This document shows positions 25,853-40,185 of a DNA stretch of 64,000 bases, piece after piece. Origin of the DNA: Octopus sinensis (Eukaryota). Both the position numbers and the translations under genes were made by a program. Each line of letters opens with the position of its first letter. The stretch's first letter is position 1. The DNA lies in assembly GCF_006345805.1 (NCBI RefSeq), contig NC_043012.1, positions 54,250,001 to 54,314,000 of the forward strand, given 5' to 3'. The notes below the pieces were generated by a model. It was not told where the DNA came from. It ran no database searches and worked only from the letters and a program-made list of their open reading frames with translations.

Positions 25853-26397
25853 TGAGTGAGAGAGTAGTGCATGCCACCAAAGTGACAATGGGGTAAAAAT
25901 ATACGAAGCCCAGTATACCCATCATGACTACCCGTCTGATAAGGGTACACCGGGCACATGCATCGCAACCATATTTGCGCGACATGGTGATCTCATATCA
26001 AGATAAACAGCACATGACCTTGCAGGTGGGGTCCACTTAAAATTTTCTTCTGGTCGAGTAACCCATCCCGCTCAAAAGGTCCCTAAATAAGGGTTGTTTA
26101 AGGATGTTAAACGAAGCACCCATGCTATCCAAACCCCAAAGAATCCCTCTGAACACATGGCTATAATTCACCCCCACTACTTCTGCTCGTGATCAGAGAT
26201 GGGCATATCGTCAGCCACCAAGAGACATGCTCAACTGGTTAAGGTCAAACAACTAACAAGCAGATCTGTGGTATTGAGCAGAATATTTGCTGTAGCCCAT
26301 CTTTTATACCAAGACAAAACAATGTACATGATAACACTTCCAATCAGTTAAGGTCAGAAGCAACGAGAGCCACTACCTGGTACTGCATCAGAACATC
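25853..26397 (-). mobile_element. Non-coding (TAA)n-embedded retroposon (family D), longest copy
   Basis: Homologous to 35610-36060 and 50661-50756; shared 3' end CTCTCTCACTCA-(ATA)n; ATT-type repeats on both sides. Confidence 0.8.
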
Positions 26398-26446
<49 letters not shown>

Positions 26447-26461
26447 GGTTGGTGAGCTGGT

Positions 26462-26590
26462 AGAAGACTGCACTTGGAGACAACATGATCAATGGTTTCA
26501 TTTTGTTGTTGACATACATGACATGTTGGGCTACTGCCGTTCTTTAATATGTTGGCCTGGCAGTTCCTTGTAAGTAGGCATTGATCTTGA
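26462..26590 (-). mobile_element. About 130-bp internal fragment of the Dong-like element (CCHC finger) within (ATT)n
   Basis: Nearly identical to 37532-37650. Confidence 0.85.
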
Positions 26591-26602
26591 TCTTATCATT
26601 AC

Positions 26603-26633
<31 letters not shown>

Positions 26634-26655
26634 GTTATTATTATTATTATTATTA

Positions 26656-26690
<35 letters not shown>

Positions 26691-26744
26691 TTAATTATTA
26701 TTATTAGTATCATCATCATCATTATTATTATTATTATTATATTA

Positions 26745-26784
<40 letters not shown>

Positions 26785-26940
26785 TGCTATATATATATCC
26801 TATATTATATCGGCTCAGTTCAGTACAACCCCATAAAACTGCTATTGAAAGTTGGTATCGTTAGGCTGTAGCCAACGTTATAAAACAGGAGCTTTTGTAT
26901 GCGTACTCAAAAACATTTCCCCCCAAACGATCTTAAAGGA

Positions 26941-26981
<41 letters not shown>

Positions 26982-27156
26982 ATTAGTTGAATAAAGTTGT
27001 TCAACTGATATATTATTCTATATGCATTTACACAAATTCGGGAAAAAAATATCTATATATATGCGTATGTGTATATATATGTGTGGGTGTGTAGGGGTGT
27101 ATGTGTGTGTGCGTGTGTGTGTGTGTGCGTATGCACATGTATATGTGTACCTATTC

Positions 27157-27221
<65 letters not shown>

Positions 27222-27481
27222 TATATATAATATATATATATATATAATATATATATATATAGATAGAGAGAGAGAGAGATGCAGCACGGAATTTTGTCAG
27301 TGAAGAGGTCGCGGTCTTACAGCGACGAAAATATTTTGACAAATTAAACTTAAATGTTGAAGTGAATCGAACGGCTTTTGTGTGTTTCTTAAATGGCTTA
27401 CAAACACCTTCCACGCTGCAATTGTTTTCATTCCTGCACACGATCTCAGATCAAATCACTTGCTGTGCAAGTACATCTCCG

Positions 27482-27560
<79 letters not shown>

Positions 27561-27689
27561 CATATATATATATTTGTGTGTGTGTGTGTGTGTTTATATA
27601 TATATATGCATGTGTGTATGAATGTATACATACCTACATATATGCATGCATCCATGCATAAATACATACATGCATACATACATATCTGT

Positions 27690-28110
27690 GGTTCCGAGTT
27701 CATCCCCACAGTAAGATACTTTCTACTATAGCTTCAAACTAACCGATGTATTGTGAGTTAATTTTGTAGAGAGAAACTGTGCTGAAGCCCGTAGAGCGTG
27801 AGAGGAAGAAAGAGTGCAACTGTGTATGCCTCTGTGCGTGAATTGGTGTTTTGTCTCTCATTACTTGAAAACCGGTCTTGGTTATTTACGTCCCACTAAC
27901 TCAGCAATTCCCTGAGAAAAGAGACCAATCATGATGTATCGGCTTTTGATTGTCCCTTGGATAACACTAGTGGCATGGAGAGGGGAGGCAAGTATGCATG
28001 GGCGACTGCTGGTCTTCCATAAACAACCTTGCCCGGACTTGTACCTGAGGGAGTAACTTTCTAGGTGCAATCTCACGGTCAGTCATGACCGAAGGGGGTC
28101 TCAGGATACT
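27690..28110 (+). mobile_element. Degenerate SINE A-like copy plus another SINE-type tail
   Basis: GTGGTTCCGAGTTCATCCCCAC..TTTCTACTATAGC head; the tail (27950-28110) is assigned from recollection only. Confidence 0.5.
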
Positions 28111-28159
28111 CGCATATATAAATATTCCATGCATTCTTAAATAAATATATTTATGTTTA

Positions 28160-28590
28160 CGAGATCTGATCAATAAGCATCCGTACTGTTGCCGTGGTAA
28201 CAAAGCTAAAGCACTCAGAGTGAAGCCACTTGACAAAGATTGACCTTGGACACTGCTGTGCATGTGCACTAAGCTTTCACGTTCTAACTCACTTCCGCTA
28301 TTTACAGCAGTGCTTAGAAGGAAAATGTGTAGCGTGTGATCGTCGCATTGACCATGACAGAGAAAGTTGTGATGGCGAATCCTGCTCAGAAGCCTACGCA
28401 AAGTTGCAGGAAGTGTATGAAGAGGTGTTATGAGCCGTACACAAGTGTATGAGTGATTCAGACGTTTTCAAGATGGCCGAAAAAAAATGTCGATATTGAC
28501 GAATGTTCCGGAAGACTCGCAAACAGCAAAGCCGAGAAAAATATCGCAGATGTGCATGCAGCTGTGAGTGGAAATCACATCTCTCTAATT
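28160..28590 (+). mobile_element. Mariner 5' fragment
   Basis: TA + CGAGATCTGATCAATAAG TIR; GESCSEAYAKLQEVY..MSRTQVYE*FRRFQDGR HTH remnant. Confidence 0.75.
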
Positions 28591-28883
28591 CCGAAACGCG
28601 TATACAGTTAATCAGAGCCGGGTAGATTCGTTATTTTTTCTCTTTACCTGGGTGAGTTGTTGAGTATTGCTGTCTGAGAGATATGTTATAGTAGTAGAAT
28701 AGTTGTTTTTAACTGCTATTTCTAAATTTCGGTATGTGGTGAAGCAAATTTGGCTGAACCCTAATTATAATTACACACATAATTAGAGAATTTTTGCATA
28801 AGTTTACCGATAATGGTGCTTTTAACATACCGAACTACTTGGTAAAATGATTAATTATTAATTAATTTAATTTTACACTTTAT

Positions 28884-28884
<1 letters not shown>

Positions 28885-28952
<68 letters not shown>

Positions 28953-29085
28953 GGACAGACAGACGGACAGACGGACGGACAGACGGACGGACAGACGGAC
29001 GGACAGACGGACGGACAGACGGACGGACAGACGGACGGACGGACGGACGGACAGACGGACAGACAAACAGACAGATAGACAGATA
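28885..29085. repeat. GATA/GACA/GACG compound microsatellite
   Basis: Directly visible. Confidence 0.9.
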
Positions 29086-29464
29086 TACACTTGCGTCAGA
29101 AATTAATTAGCACTTCTCAAGTTTCTACATTAAATAGGTTAAATCAATTAACCTATGAGCTGTTCAAAACGTCTTACGCGATGAGAAAACTTAGTATGGT
29201 GTGATTTCGGTCCTTGCGAGGCGCTACCTATATCTATTAAACAAAGGAAGATTTGTCTGCATCCGCACTCCAAGTTGTTGTTGCACTGCTATGTCAACAT
29301 CATAAGGCTGTAGACTCTCAAACTGCTCTGCAAACAAAGTTACGTCATCGTTCTGCGCAACAGTGAACTCGCAACAAAGCAATAGTTCGAGATATGGCCA
29401 CTAGGTGACAGCACATACCTTGAGTGAAGAGCAAATCAAGGGTGCTAATTAATTTCTGACGGTA

Positions 29465-30552
<1,088 letters not shown>

Positions 30553-30936
30553 TTTACTGTTATATAATCTTTTGCAAATGATTTTCACTTCTTTCACTTG
30601 TTATAGACCAGGCTGTAGCAACTGTCTCAGCAGGTAAACGTTACATCTCTTTTTGCTATCGTTTCTGTATACATCCAGCGATCTAATATTTTTGATGTTG
30701 TAATTCTCATTGAATATCGCATTCCTATCAATGGTTCAACGAATTCTCAGAGACTGCTCCGCTGCTTCGGCTGGGTTTTTAACAGATGGCTTGCCTGTCA
30801 TCTTAGAAAGAAATATATCAACTTACCTTTTTCAAAGTCTCTTCCATGCTTCAGCAGAAGTGTGTCTTAGAGATAAGAATGTGTGTGTATGTGCGTACAA
30901 ATATAAATATACACGCACACACACACATATATATAT

Positions 30937-30972
<36 letters not shown>

Positions 30973-31202
30973 TATCAGGCAGGCAGTCAGACAGACAGTA
31001 AGTATTTGTGTGTATGTGCTGAGAGGTTATTTAACCCTGAGTCAGCTCTCATCAACCAGGCCTATTTAAGACAGTATATGTAAAGCGACATCAACTCAAT
31101 GTACCCTTCCATTTTTACATTAGATTGCGGTGTATGGGAGTTTAACTGCTATCTCTAGTAGATCGTGTGAACACGAAGAAGCTCCTTTGTGTTGGTAATA
31201 TA

Positions 31203-31767
31203 TTAGGTTATCCGGAAAGTTCGTGCCGATTTATAGTAGCTTACATTTCGACTTATTTAAGAACATGGTTGAGTCCATTAAATAGGATTTTACTTCACCT
31301 CCATTTAAAGCACAGTTTAAGCTATCTTTTCGTGGAAGAAGGTTTAGGTTCCTATAACCTGTGTTAATTCTGTAACCCTTTAAAATGGAAGATAAGAAAG
31401 TTCATTTTTGGCACTTGAGGCTTTGGGAACCAGACAAAAATTGCTGCAGCTCAGCTGGGATGTGTCACCCCACCCTCCATATTCACCAGATATTGCTCCT
31501 TCGGATTTCCACTTATTCAGGTCTCTGCAGAATAGTCTTAAGGGTAAAAATTTCAATTCCTTTGATGACGTAAAAAGATACCTTGATGAATTCTTTGCCA
31601 TGAAACCACCTGAATTCTGGGAAGAGATTATTTTCAAATGAAAGGAAAGATGGAAACACATTGTGCAACAAAGTGGTTCGTATTTGTTTGATTAAAATGT
31701 AATGGCAAGTATTTATTGACCTTTTTCTTTCCTTTAAATATCGGCACGAACTTTCCGGACAACCTAA
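31203..31767 (+). mobile_element. Non-autonomous mariner deletion derivative with both TIRs and TA flanks
   Basis: TIRs TTAGGTT(A/G)TCCGGAAAGTTCGTGCCGAT; MEDKKVHF.. joined to HPPYSPDIAPSDFHLFRSLQN. Confidence 0.92.
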
Positions 31768-32039
31768 TATATTTTGTTAGCGTATTGTCTGTTTTTAAAT
31801 ATCGTGTATATAAATGTAGAAATATTGTAGGGTTATATGTAACAACCTTATAGGAACATATCAATATATTAGTTTTCTAATCAGACAGCTATTAAGATAT
31901 ATATTTATTGTCTATATTCATCAGCATCAACATCATATCACCAATAGCATTTTTCTTTGTGCCAAAGAAAATTATTATTGTTTCGTTTTTGTATATCTCA
32001 GACACTTATATATCAAACGGTCCTGACATTTCAGTTAGG

Positions 32040-34420
32040 GAGCTGTCGACAGCAAATTAACAAGGGCTCATTACTGATCCCTTTCATGTGCTTTACATAG
32101 ACAAGATTTTCGCTAAAATCCTTGCAGTACCAAGAAGTGCCGTCGTCTGCATGATCTGTTTCCTTGCATCAAGCCTGATTTTATTTACAGGCGCAGGAGT
32201 GGCTGTGTGGTAAGTAGCTTGCTTAAAAACCACGTGGTTCCGGGTTCAGTCCCACATCATGGCACCTTGGGCAAGTGTCTTCTACTATAGCCTCGGGCCG
32301 ACCAAAGCCTTGTGAATGGATTTGGTAGACGGAAATTAAAAAGAAGCCCGTCGTATATATGTATATATATATATATGTATATGTATGAGTGTGTATATGT
32401 TTGTGTGTCTGTGTTTGTCCCCCAACATCGCTTGACAACCGATGCTGGTGTGTTTACGCCCCCGTAACTTAGCGGTTCGGCAAAAGAGACCGATAGAATA
32501 AGTACTAGGCTTACAAAGAATAAGTCCTGGGGTCGATTTGTTCGACTAAAAGTGGTGCTCCAGCATGGCCGCAGTCAAATGACCGAAACAAGTAAAATAG
32601 TAAAATAGTAAAAGAGTAAAAGAATAGTCTTCGAAACTGTCCGCTATGGCTCCCAATGCTCTGCTCACTAATGGAATCACGAAAACCTTCTTCATTCCCC
32701 ACAACTTTCCAGTTTCCTCCTTCAGTGCCTCGTACTTCTCCATGTTTTCATGCTTTTTATCTTTCCCTCTACACTCTCTTAGCATAGAAATATCAATAAT
32801 TTGGGCCATTTTTTCTGTCTTGTTGACAACTACAATGTCTGGCTTTCTTGCTTCAATCATTCTATCACACTGAATAGTGAAGACTCAGAAAAGCTTCAAT
32901 TTGTCATTTTCTAACGCCCCTTCTGGCTTTTGTTCGTACCATTTAGCAGCCCTGGCAAACCCACATTTCTCAGATTTCATCAAGTGGAAATGTCTGGCAA
33001 CATTATCATGTCGTCTTTTGTAATCTTGCAGTGCCAACTAAGCACATTCGCTTACAAGATGACTAACTGTTTCTCCTTTTATTCCACACATTCTACATAA
33101 TGGTGAATCTTTCGTTTTGTCAACTATGTTCAATGTAGTTAGTTCGGAGAGCCTGCTCTTGGGCGCTGCATACCAAAATTTCAATGCAACCTTTCAGATC
33201 CCCATTTCTAAGTCCCAATCAATACCTATTTTATCTCTAATGTACTGCCCGTGCATAAGTCTATCCTTCCATTCCGTTTCAAATTCTTTTTTTTTTTTTT
33301 TAATAAACTCCTTTCTTGTATTTATTCAGTGTTACTGCATCTGCAGCTTTTAGTGTGACGCGGTCTCTTAGTTTTGACATGATGTTATTCTTTACATTTT
33401 AAAGGTACCAAACTAGGTATTTTTCTTCGTTTTTTACTCAATTTTCACATCGTATTTGTCTTCTACGACCTTCTTTCTTTCAACATCACTCCTTGGGTAG
33501 AGTTCTTTATACACTGTCGTCAATTTCCTAGTTTTCCTATCAACTGTCTAATTCTTGTTTCATCCATTTGATAACTCTTGCCCCGTACAACATGGGGAAC
33601 ACAACCCATGTATTTGTTGCCTTGATCTTCCTTCCATTTCGCTTAAATGACTTTACACTCGCCTAAGATATTCTTTTTTTAACATCTCCTTCATTTCCTT
33701 CTCTTTGATCTTATCCAACTCAAAGACTTCCAAATACTTGTATCCTTCCTCGCTCACTTCTTTAATAATATGGCCATTAGCATGCTCAACCCCTCTACTC
33801 TTTGTTAATTTTCCACGCTTCAGGATTACAATGCCACATTTTTTTAAATCCCGAATTCCATTCTAGTATCCCGAGTAATCAGGTTTATGGGAGATGTTAA
33901 ACTGTCAATTTCGTCCTCATCTTTCACAAATAGTTTTAAATCATCCATGAATAACAGATAGTTGATCTTAACACCATCTAACACATATCCTATTTTCACT
34001 TTTCTAAGGACTTGACAAATAAAGTGGCGATAATCTGCCTCCCTGAAATATACACCTTCGTATGTTAACAGACTCTAACTGTCCCCCGCAAGAAATTAAT
34101 TCTATTTTCCAACTGACCATCGATCTCCCTGTAAACCTAAATACATTGTCTGGTACCTGAGTAAATTTCAAGCACTCTAATATCCAGCTGTGGAGGACCA
34201 TATCGTAAGCTTTCTTACAGTCCACTAATGCCATGATTAAATTCTTGTCTCTTTTTACAATCCACAAGGATTGTTTTATCAATCAGGAGTTGATCTTTCG
34301 TACCCCTGCTATTCTTTTACACCCTTTCTGCTTTTCTGGTAGAATTTCGTCCTTCTCAAGAACTTATATATGATCTCAGAGATGATTCAAGTCGTAAATT
34401 TTCATAGATACGGATCTATA
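32040..34420 (-). mobile_element. R4/Dong-type RLE non-LTR retroelement, degenerate and 5'-truncated, interrupted by SINE A
   Basis: RT: VDCKKAYDMVLHSW..IFQGGRLSP; RLE: RKPDIVVVNK..IIDIS; C-terminus LLGTARILAKILSM* at 32093-32187. Confidence 0.88.
32189..32623 (+). mobile_element. Full-length SINE A inserted in the Dong-like RLE domain
   Basis: AGGCGCAGGAGTGGCTGTGTGGT head through (GTAAAA.A)n tail. Confidence 0.92.
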
Positions 34421-34677
34421 ATTATCAACTGTGTTGCCCTTATTAGGGTCCTGCTGACAGAGAACATTCCAGCCCGCTGTCATTTATATGGGTATCTCTG
34501 CTCGGTTGTTAAACATGACATTCGTTTGAGCCGCGATTCGTTCATGTAAAGATGTCAGAGTCTTCAACCAAGAATGCCCTCGATCCCATCAGGTCCAGGA
34601 GCTTTCCGGTTGCGAACTTTTCTGATTTACATGCACAACACTACTGTTGTTATTTCAAAATCAGTTAACCTCTCATT

Positions 34678-35081
34678 TCTTTATCTTTTCTTTTATCTTT
34701 TACTTGTTTCAGTCATTTGACTGCGGCCATGCTGGAGCACCACCTTTAGTCGAACAAATCGACCCCGGGACTTATTCTTTGTAAGCCCAGTACTTATTCT
34801 ATCGGTCTCTTTTGCCGAACCGCTAAGTGACGGGGACGTAAACACACCAGCATCGGTTGTCAAGCAATGCTTGGGCATAAACACAGACACACAAACACAC
34901 ACATACATACATATACATATATACGACAGGCTTCTTTCAGTTTCCGTCTACCAAATCCACTCACAAGGCATTGGTCGGCCCGGGGCTATAGCAGAAGACA
35001 CTTACCCAAGATGCCACGCAGTGGGACTGAACCCGGAACCATGTGGTGGTTAGCAAGCTACTTACCACACAGCCACTCCTG
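34678..35081 (-). mobile_element. Full-length SINE A
   Basis: Both modules present. Confidence 0.92.
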
Positions 35082-35454
35082 TTTTATTCTCCCTCATTTC
35101 CTTAAGCCATTCAGCATTGTTATTATTATGCTTTATCTCATTATCCTAGATGTTTGACCAAAACCTTTTGCTTTCTTCTCCATTCGATATCACTATTTCT
35201 TTCTTACTTTTACTCTAAAGGTCTTTCTACACTCTTTTCTGATCGTACAGGAGCACCCTATTGATTTTGTATTATTGTGTTCTTTGTTCAAACCTTTGCA
35301 ACTTGGACGCCTTGGCCTGCATCCTTTGTTTCGATTCCGCAACAACGACGTTCATACTTGTCTTTCAGTATATTTAACTTATTTTCCATTTCAATATAGT
35401 TATGATTCTTCTTTATTTCCTCTCTCAAATTATTATTATTATTATTATTGTTAT

Positions 35455-35492
<38 letters not shown>

Positions 35493-35504
35493 TCATTATT
35501 ATTA

Positions 35505-35540
<36 letters not shown>

Positions 35541-35559
35541 TATTATCATTATTATTATT

Positions 35560-35609
<50 letters not shown>

Positions 35610-35610
<1 letters not shown>

Positions 35611-36060
35611 GAGTGAGAGAGCAGTGCATGCCATCAAAGTGACACTGGGGTAAAATATACGAAGCCCAGTATACCCATTATGATTACCCGTCTGATAAGG
35701 GTACACCAGGCACATGCATCACAACCATATGTGCGCGACATAGTGATCTCACATCAAGATAAACAGCACATGACCTTGCAGGTGGGGCCCAGTTAAAATT
35801 TTCTTCTGGTCGAGTAACCCATCCTGCTCAAAAGGTCCCTGAGTAAGGGTTGTTTAAGGATGTTGAACGAAACACCCATGTTTCCAGAGGTGAATTATTC
35901 AAACCCCAAAGAATCCCTCTGAACACATGGCTATGATATTCCCCCACTACTTCTGCTCGTGATCAGAGATGCACATATCATTAGCCACTAAGGGACATGC
36001 TCAACTGGTTAAGGTCAAACAACTGACAAGCAAATCTGTGGTATTGAGCAGAATATTTGC
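35610..36060 (-). mobile_element. Family D copy, 5'-truncated, within (ATT)n
   Basis: Colinear with 25853-26292. Confidence 0.85.
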
Positions 36061-36083
36061 TTTATTATTATTATTATTATTAT

Positions 36084-36600
36084 TTTCTCTTTATCATAAC
36101 TTTTGTTGGAGCTCCTGGAATCTTACATGCGTAGCGGGCTTACGACCTGTAGCCTACGGTACATTGCTATTCGTTCTTTTCAGCCAACTAATACTTTCCT
36201 GATTATTCCGGCCGTGCCGAGGAGGCAAACCTTTTGTAACAGTTCTACTGGGCATTCTTTTCCAATTTCCTTTATATTCCTCTTGATGCCTTCTGATACT
36301 GTTCCCGAGGACCCAACAATAATTGGCACTATCTTCACCTTCATTTTCTGTGGCCGGGTTATTTCGTACTTTGCCTTCCTTCTTGACTATTCGTGGGTTA
36401 AATGGGCATGCAACATCAACTATATAGAATATGTGGTGCACCTTGTCCACCACCACTAGGTCCGATCTGTTGTGCTCTAGCACATGATCTGTTTGGATTC
36501 AGAAATCCCAGTGGACTTTGCTAATGTCCGACTCTGCCACTCTCTGCCGTTTGTGCTCGTACCATGTCTTGCCTCTCTCTAGCCCCCACTTTTCGCACAG
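36084..36600 (-). mobile_element. R4/Dong-type 3' fragment (RLE only), another lineage, flanked by (ATT)n
   Basis: WYEHK..WDF.IQTDHVLEHNRSDLVVVDK..IVDVACPF; LLGTAGIIRKVLVG*. Confidence 0.85.
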
Positions 36601-36602
36601 TT

Positions 36603-36654
<52 letters not shown>

Positions 36655-36661
<7 letters not shown>

Positions 36662-36785
36662 AATTCCGCCCGAGGTCAACTTTGCCTTTCAACCTTTCGG
36701 GATCGATAAATTAAGTAGCAGTTGCGTACTGGGGTCAATCTAATCAACTGCCCCCCTCCCCAAAAATTTCGGGCCCTGTGCCTAG
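36655..36785 (+). mobile_element. SINE B fragment between (ATT)n tracts
   Basis: TCAAATTCCGCCCGAGGTCAACTTTGCCTTTC. Confidence 0.75.
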
Positions 36786-36799
36786 AACAGAAAAGATTA

Positions 36800-36834
<35 letters not shown>

Positions 36835-36835
<1 letters not shown>

Positions 36836-39800
36836 TATGTTTGACCTTTGCTTTACATTTGTACAAGTTGGCTCCAAGTCTCACCCAGAGACCTCAAGAG
36901 AACAACAAGTTGGAAGTTCATGCTGGTGTTATGCCTAGGGTGCCATATATTTGGTTTTGTACTTAGTGTTGTACTAGTGAATGTTTAAGAAACCATAAGA
37001 AAATTATGTTTGTTTTAAAACTTGAGATTACATAGAAAGTATTTTGCGTAGGATGTGAGCAGTTCCCATGAGCACTATCTTTTGAATTTCTGTCATTTTG
37101 GAGTTTCCTGGTATCTGAGTTAGGTAGCGATCAGCCCCTTTTGCTATCATTCCCATGGCACCTATGACAACAGGTATTGTTTTAGTCTTCAGGTTCCACA
37201 TTTTGCTGATTTCTATTTCAAGATCTTTATATTTGCTCAGTTTTTGGTAGGTCTTGACAGATACGTTTATATCGATTGGGACAGTCATATCAATGAGGAG
37301 GAATGATTTTTGTGTGAAGTCTTTCAATATGATGTCTGGCCTATTCGCGTCTATCTTTCTGTCAGTTTGAATGGTGAAGTTCCAGAGGAGTGAGATGTGG
37401 TCATTTTCAAGCACTGGAGATGGTTTGTGTTCCCACCAGTTTTTCTCATGGGCCAAGTCCAGGCTTTTACAAATTACCCAGTGAATATATTGTGCAGCTC
37501 TATCATGCCTGTTGAGATACTTTGTAGGTGCTAGAAGACTGCACTTGGAGACAACATGATCAATGGTTTCATTTTGTTGTTGACATACACGACATGTTGG
37601 GCTACTGCCGTTCTTTAATATGTTGGCCTGGTAGTTCCTTGGTAGTCATTGGTCTTGAGCTGCTATGATAAACCCTCTGTTTCAGATTTTAAGCCAAAGG
37701 TCATTAGCCATTGATGGGTCAGGGCTTTGTCAACATCGGAATTATTCGCCCTCTTTGGGTATTTGCCATTGAGAGGTTTTTCTTGCCATTTATCAATCAG
37801 AATATCTAAGGCAGCAGTTTTAGCACGGGTTTTCATGCGCTTAGCTTTTTCTGTGCTTGTTTCTTGTATGTCTAATTCCGAAATTTGTTGTATTCGGAAT
37901 TCACTTAGATATTCCTTTGCCTGTTTTGTTACTGAGTATGATGCTTTCTTGTTTTCATGTTTTGAGACAAGTTTTAACATCCAGTCCTCAGAGTTTTTCA
38001 GGTAGGTGTCTATGCCAATTGTAGCAATCTTCATTGTTATTGCCAGTTGTAAAAGTCCACGGCCTCCCTCTTTTCTTGCCAGGTAAAGTCGTTCTGTATC
38101 TGCCTTAGGGTGGTGCATTCTATGCATTGTCAACAGTTTTCGTATTTTTCTGTCAAGATTACATATTTCAGTAATTTACCAGTTAACGATATTGAAACTG
38201 TAAGTCACGACTGGTATGGCTAAAACATTGATCGCTTCGATCCTGTTTCTCGCATTCAGCTCTGTCTTGAGTATTGCTCTTACTCTGCGATAACATTCTC
38301 TCCTGATCCTTTCCTTCATCACTGAATGCCTTATTCCGTCTCCTTCAATTACCCCTAGGTACTTGTAGCTCTCCGCTGGGTGTAACTCTTTTATAACGTT
38401 CTGCTGGTCAAGGTTAACGTTAGATGTCTCTGTCATTTTTCCTTTGATAAAGGTAGCTTTTGCACATTTATCGAGGCCAAATTGCATTCTGATGTCGTCA
38501 CTGAATTGTTTAACAATCGCTAGTAAGCCTTGAGTTGTTGGTCATTTTTTGCAAAGAGCTTTAAATCATCCATGTAAATGAGATGATTTATATTTTTATC
38601 AAACATTTTATAACCGTACTGTGCATTACTGAGCAATTTTGAGAGAGGTATTAAGGCTAAACAAAAGAGGAGTGGTGATAGTGAGTCACCCTGGAAAGTG
38701 TCACATGAAATTTTTACATCACCAGCACTTAGAGATTCATTGTCACTGTTCAAAGTTAGTGTGGTTCTCTATGATCTCATACTTACAGATAAAAAGTTTC
38801 GCAGAGTAGGCGCCATTTTATACATTTCCAGGCATTTCTTAATCCAGATATGTGGTAGGCTATCAAAAGCTTTTTTTACAGTCTATCCAGGCTATTGACA
38901 AGTTTTTGTGTCGTTTGTGACAATCTTCTAAGATCATCTTATTGATGAGTAGCTGATCTTTACAACTATAGGATCTACGTTTACATCCTTTTTTTTCATT
39001 AGAGAATATGCTGCTTTCTATTAAAAAACTATAGGTATATTCAGACAGGACAGATGTTAGCGTTTTATACATAGTTGTTAAGCAGGTCATGGGTCTATAG
39101 TTTTTTGGTTCATTTGTTTCTTCACTTTTTGGAAGCAGGAATGTTAAACCATTAACTAGCCAAGGAGGCATCCTACTAGGGTTTTGCAAAACATCATTGT
39201 AAAGTTCTGTTAGCAGTTCATGGCTCTCTGGGAAGGCGTTCAACCAGAAGTTAGGAATTTTATCCTTTCCTGGAGACTTCCATTTGCTTGACCTCCTGAG
39301 AGCAGATCTTTTATCTTCTACCTTGACACCCTCCCACTTCTACCTTGACACCCTCCCACTTTTGCTCCCCTAAGGAGTCCAAGTCTGTAGATATTCTATC
39401 AATCGTTGTGTGTTTTCTTCTGCCCAAATTTTATTCCAAAATCCCTGCACTTCTTCTTTTTATGGTACAGACTTTACAGTAACCGGTGTTTTTTCTATCT
39501 TCCTGTAAAATTTTTTGGATTATTTTTTAACATGTTGTTGTCATTGAAGAATCTAACACGTTTTTCATACCTCGCTATGCGGGCAGCTTTAGCACATACC
39601 TTTTGCTTGATGGTTTCTATGGTGGCATCAATGTCAAGTATGATTTTCATATATTTTTTCTTTAATTTTCGGGTTTTTGTAAATTTGGTAGTCTTGTCAG
39701 ACTTAAGGTTTTTCGAACATTCTATGTCAGACCTAAGTAGTTTAATTTGGTATTGGATACGCTCTTGCCAAGGCTTTTTGTGGGAATGTTGCCGTTTTCT

Positions 39801-39957
39801 AATCTTTTCACCACATAGAATCGTTCAGATTTTCGCGGATGCATAGTACAGGTGGTAGAGATCTGTGATATCAACATCATTAGCTGAAATTATATCCTTA
39901 AGTGCAAGGCGGATTTTACCAATTATTTTCAGGTTTTAATTAGAATTGCGGATTTTT
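36835..39957 (-). mobile_element. R4/Dong-type RLE non-LTR retroelement, 3.1 kb, 5'-truncated, frameshifted
   Basis: RT: KNYRPMTCL, IDCKKSF, FQGDSLSPLLF, YMDDLKL; CCHC finger CRVC..ETIDHVVSKC; RLE: NRPDIILKD..LIDMTVP; stop at 37028-37030; (ATT)n at both ends. Confidence 0.95.
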
Positions 39958-39996
39958 ATTATTATCATTACTATTATTGTTGTTGTTGTTGTTGAT

Positions 39997-40126
39997 AAGG
40001 CGGTGGGTTGGCAGAATCGTTAGCACACTGGGCGAAATCCTTAGAGGTATTTCGCCCGTCGCTACATACTGAGTTCAAATTCCGCCGAGATTGACTTTGC
40101 CTTCCATCCTTTCGGAGTCGATAAAT

Positions 40127-40131
<5 letters not shown>
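39997..40131 (+). mobile_element. SINE B 5' part, between two Dong-like elements
   Basis: TAAGGCGGTGGGTTGGCAGAATCGTTAGC..GAGTTCAAATTCC. Confidence 0.85.

Positions 40132-40182
<51 letters not shown>

Positions 40183-40185
<3 letters not shown>

Noticed and set aside
25930-25960. CTGATAAG in family D as a hammerhead core
   Set aside because: No stem II followed by GAAA.
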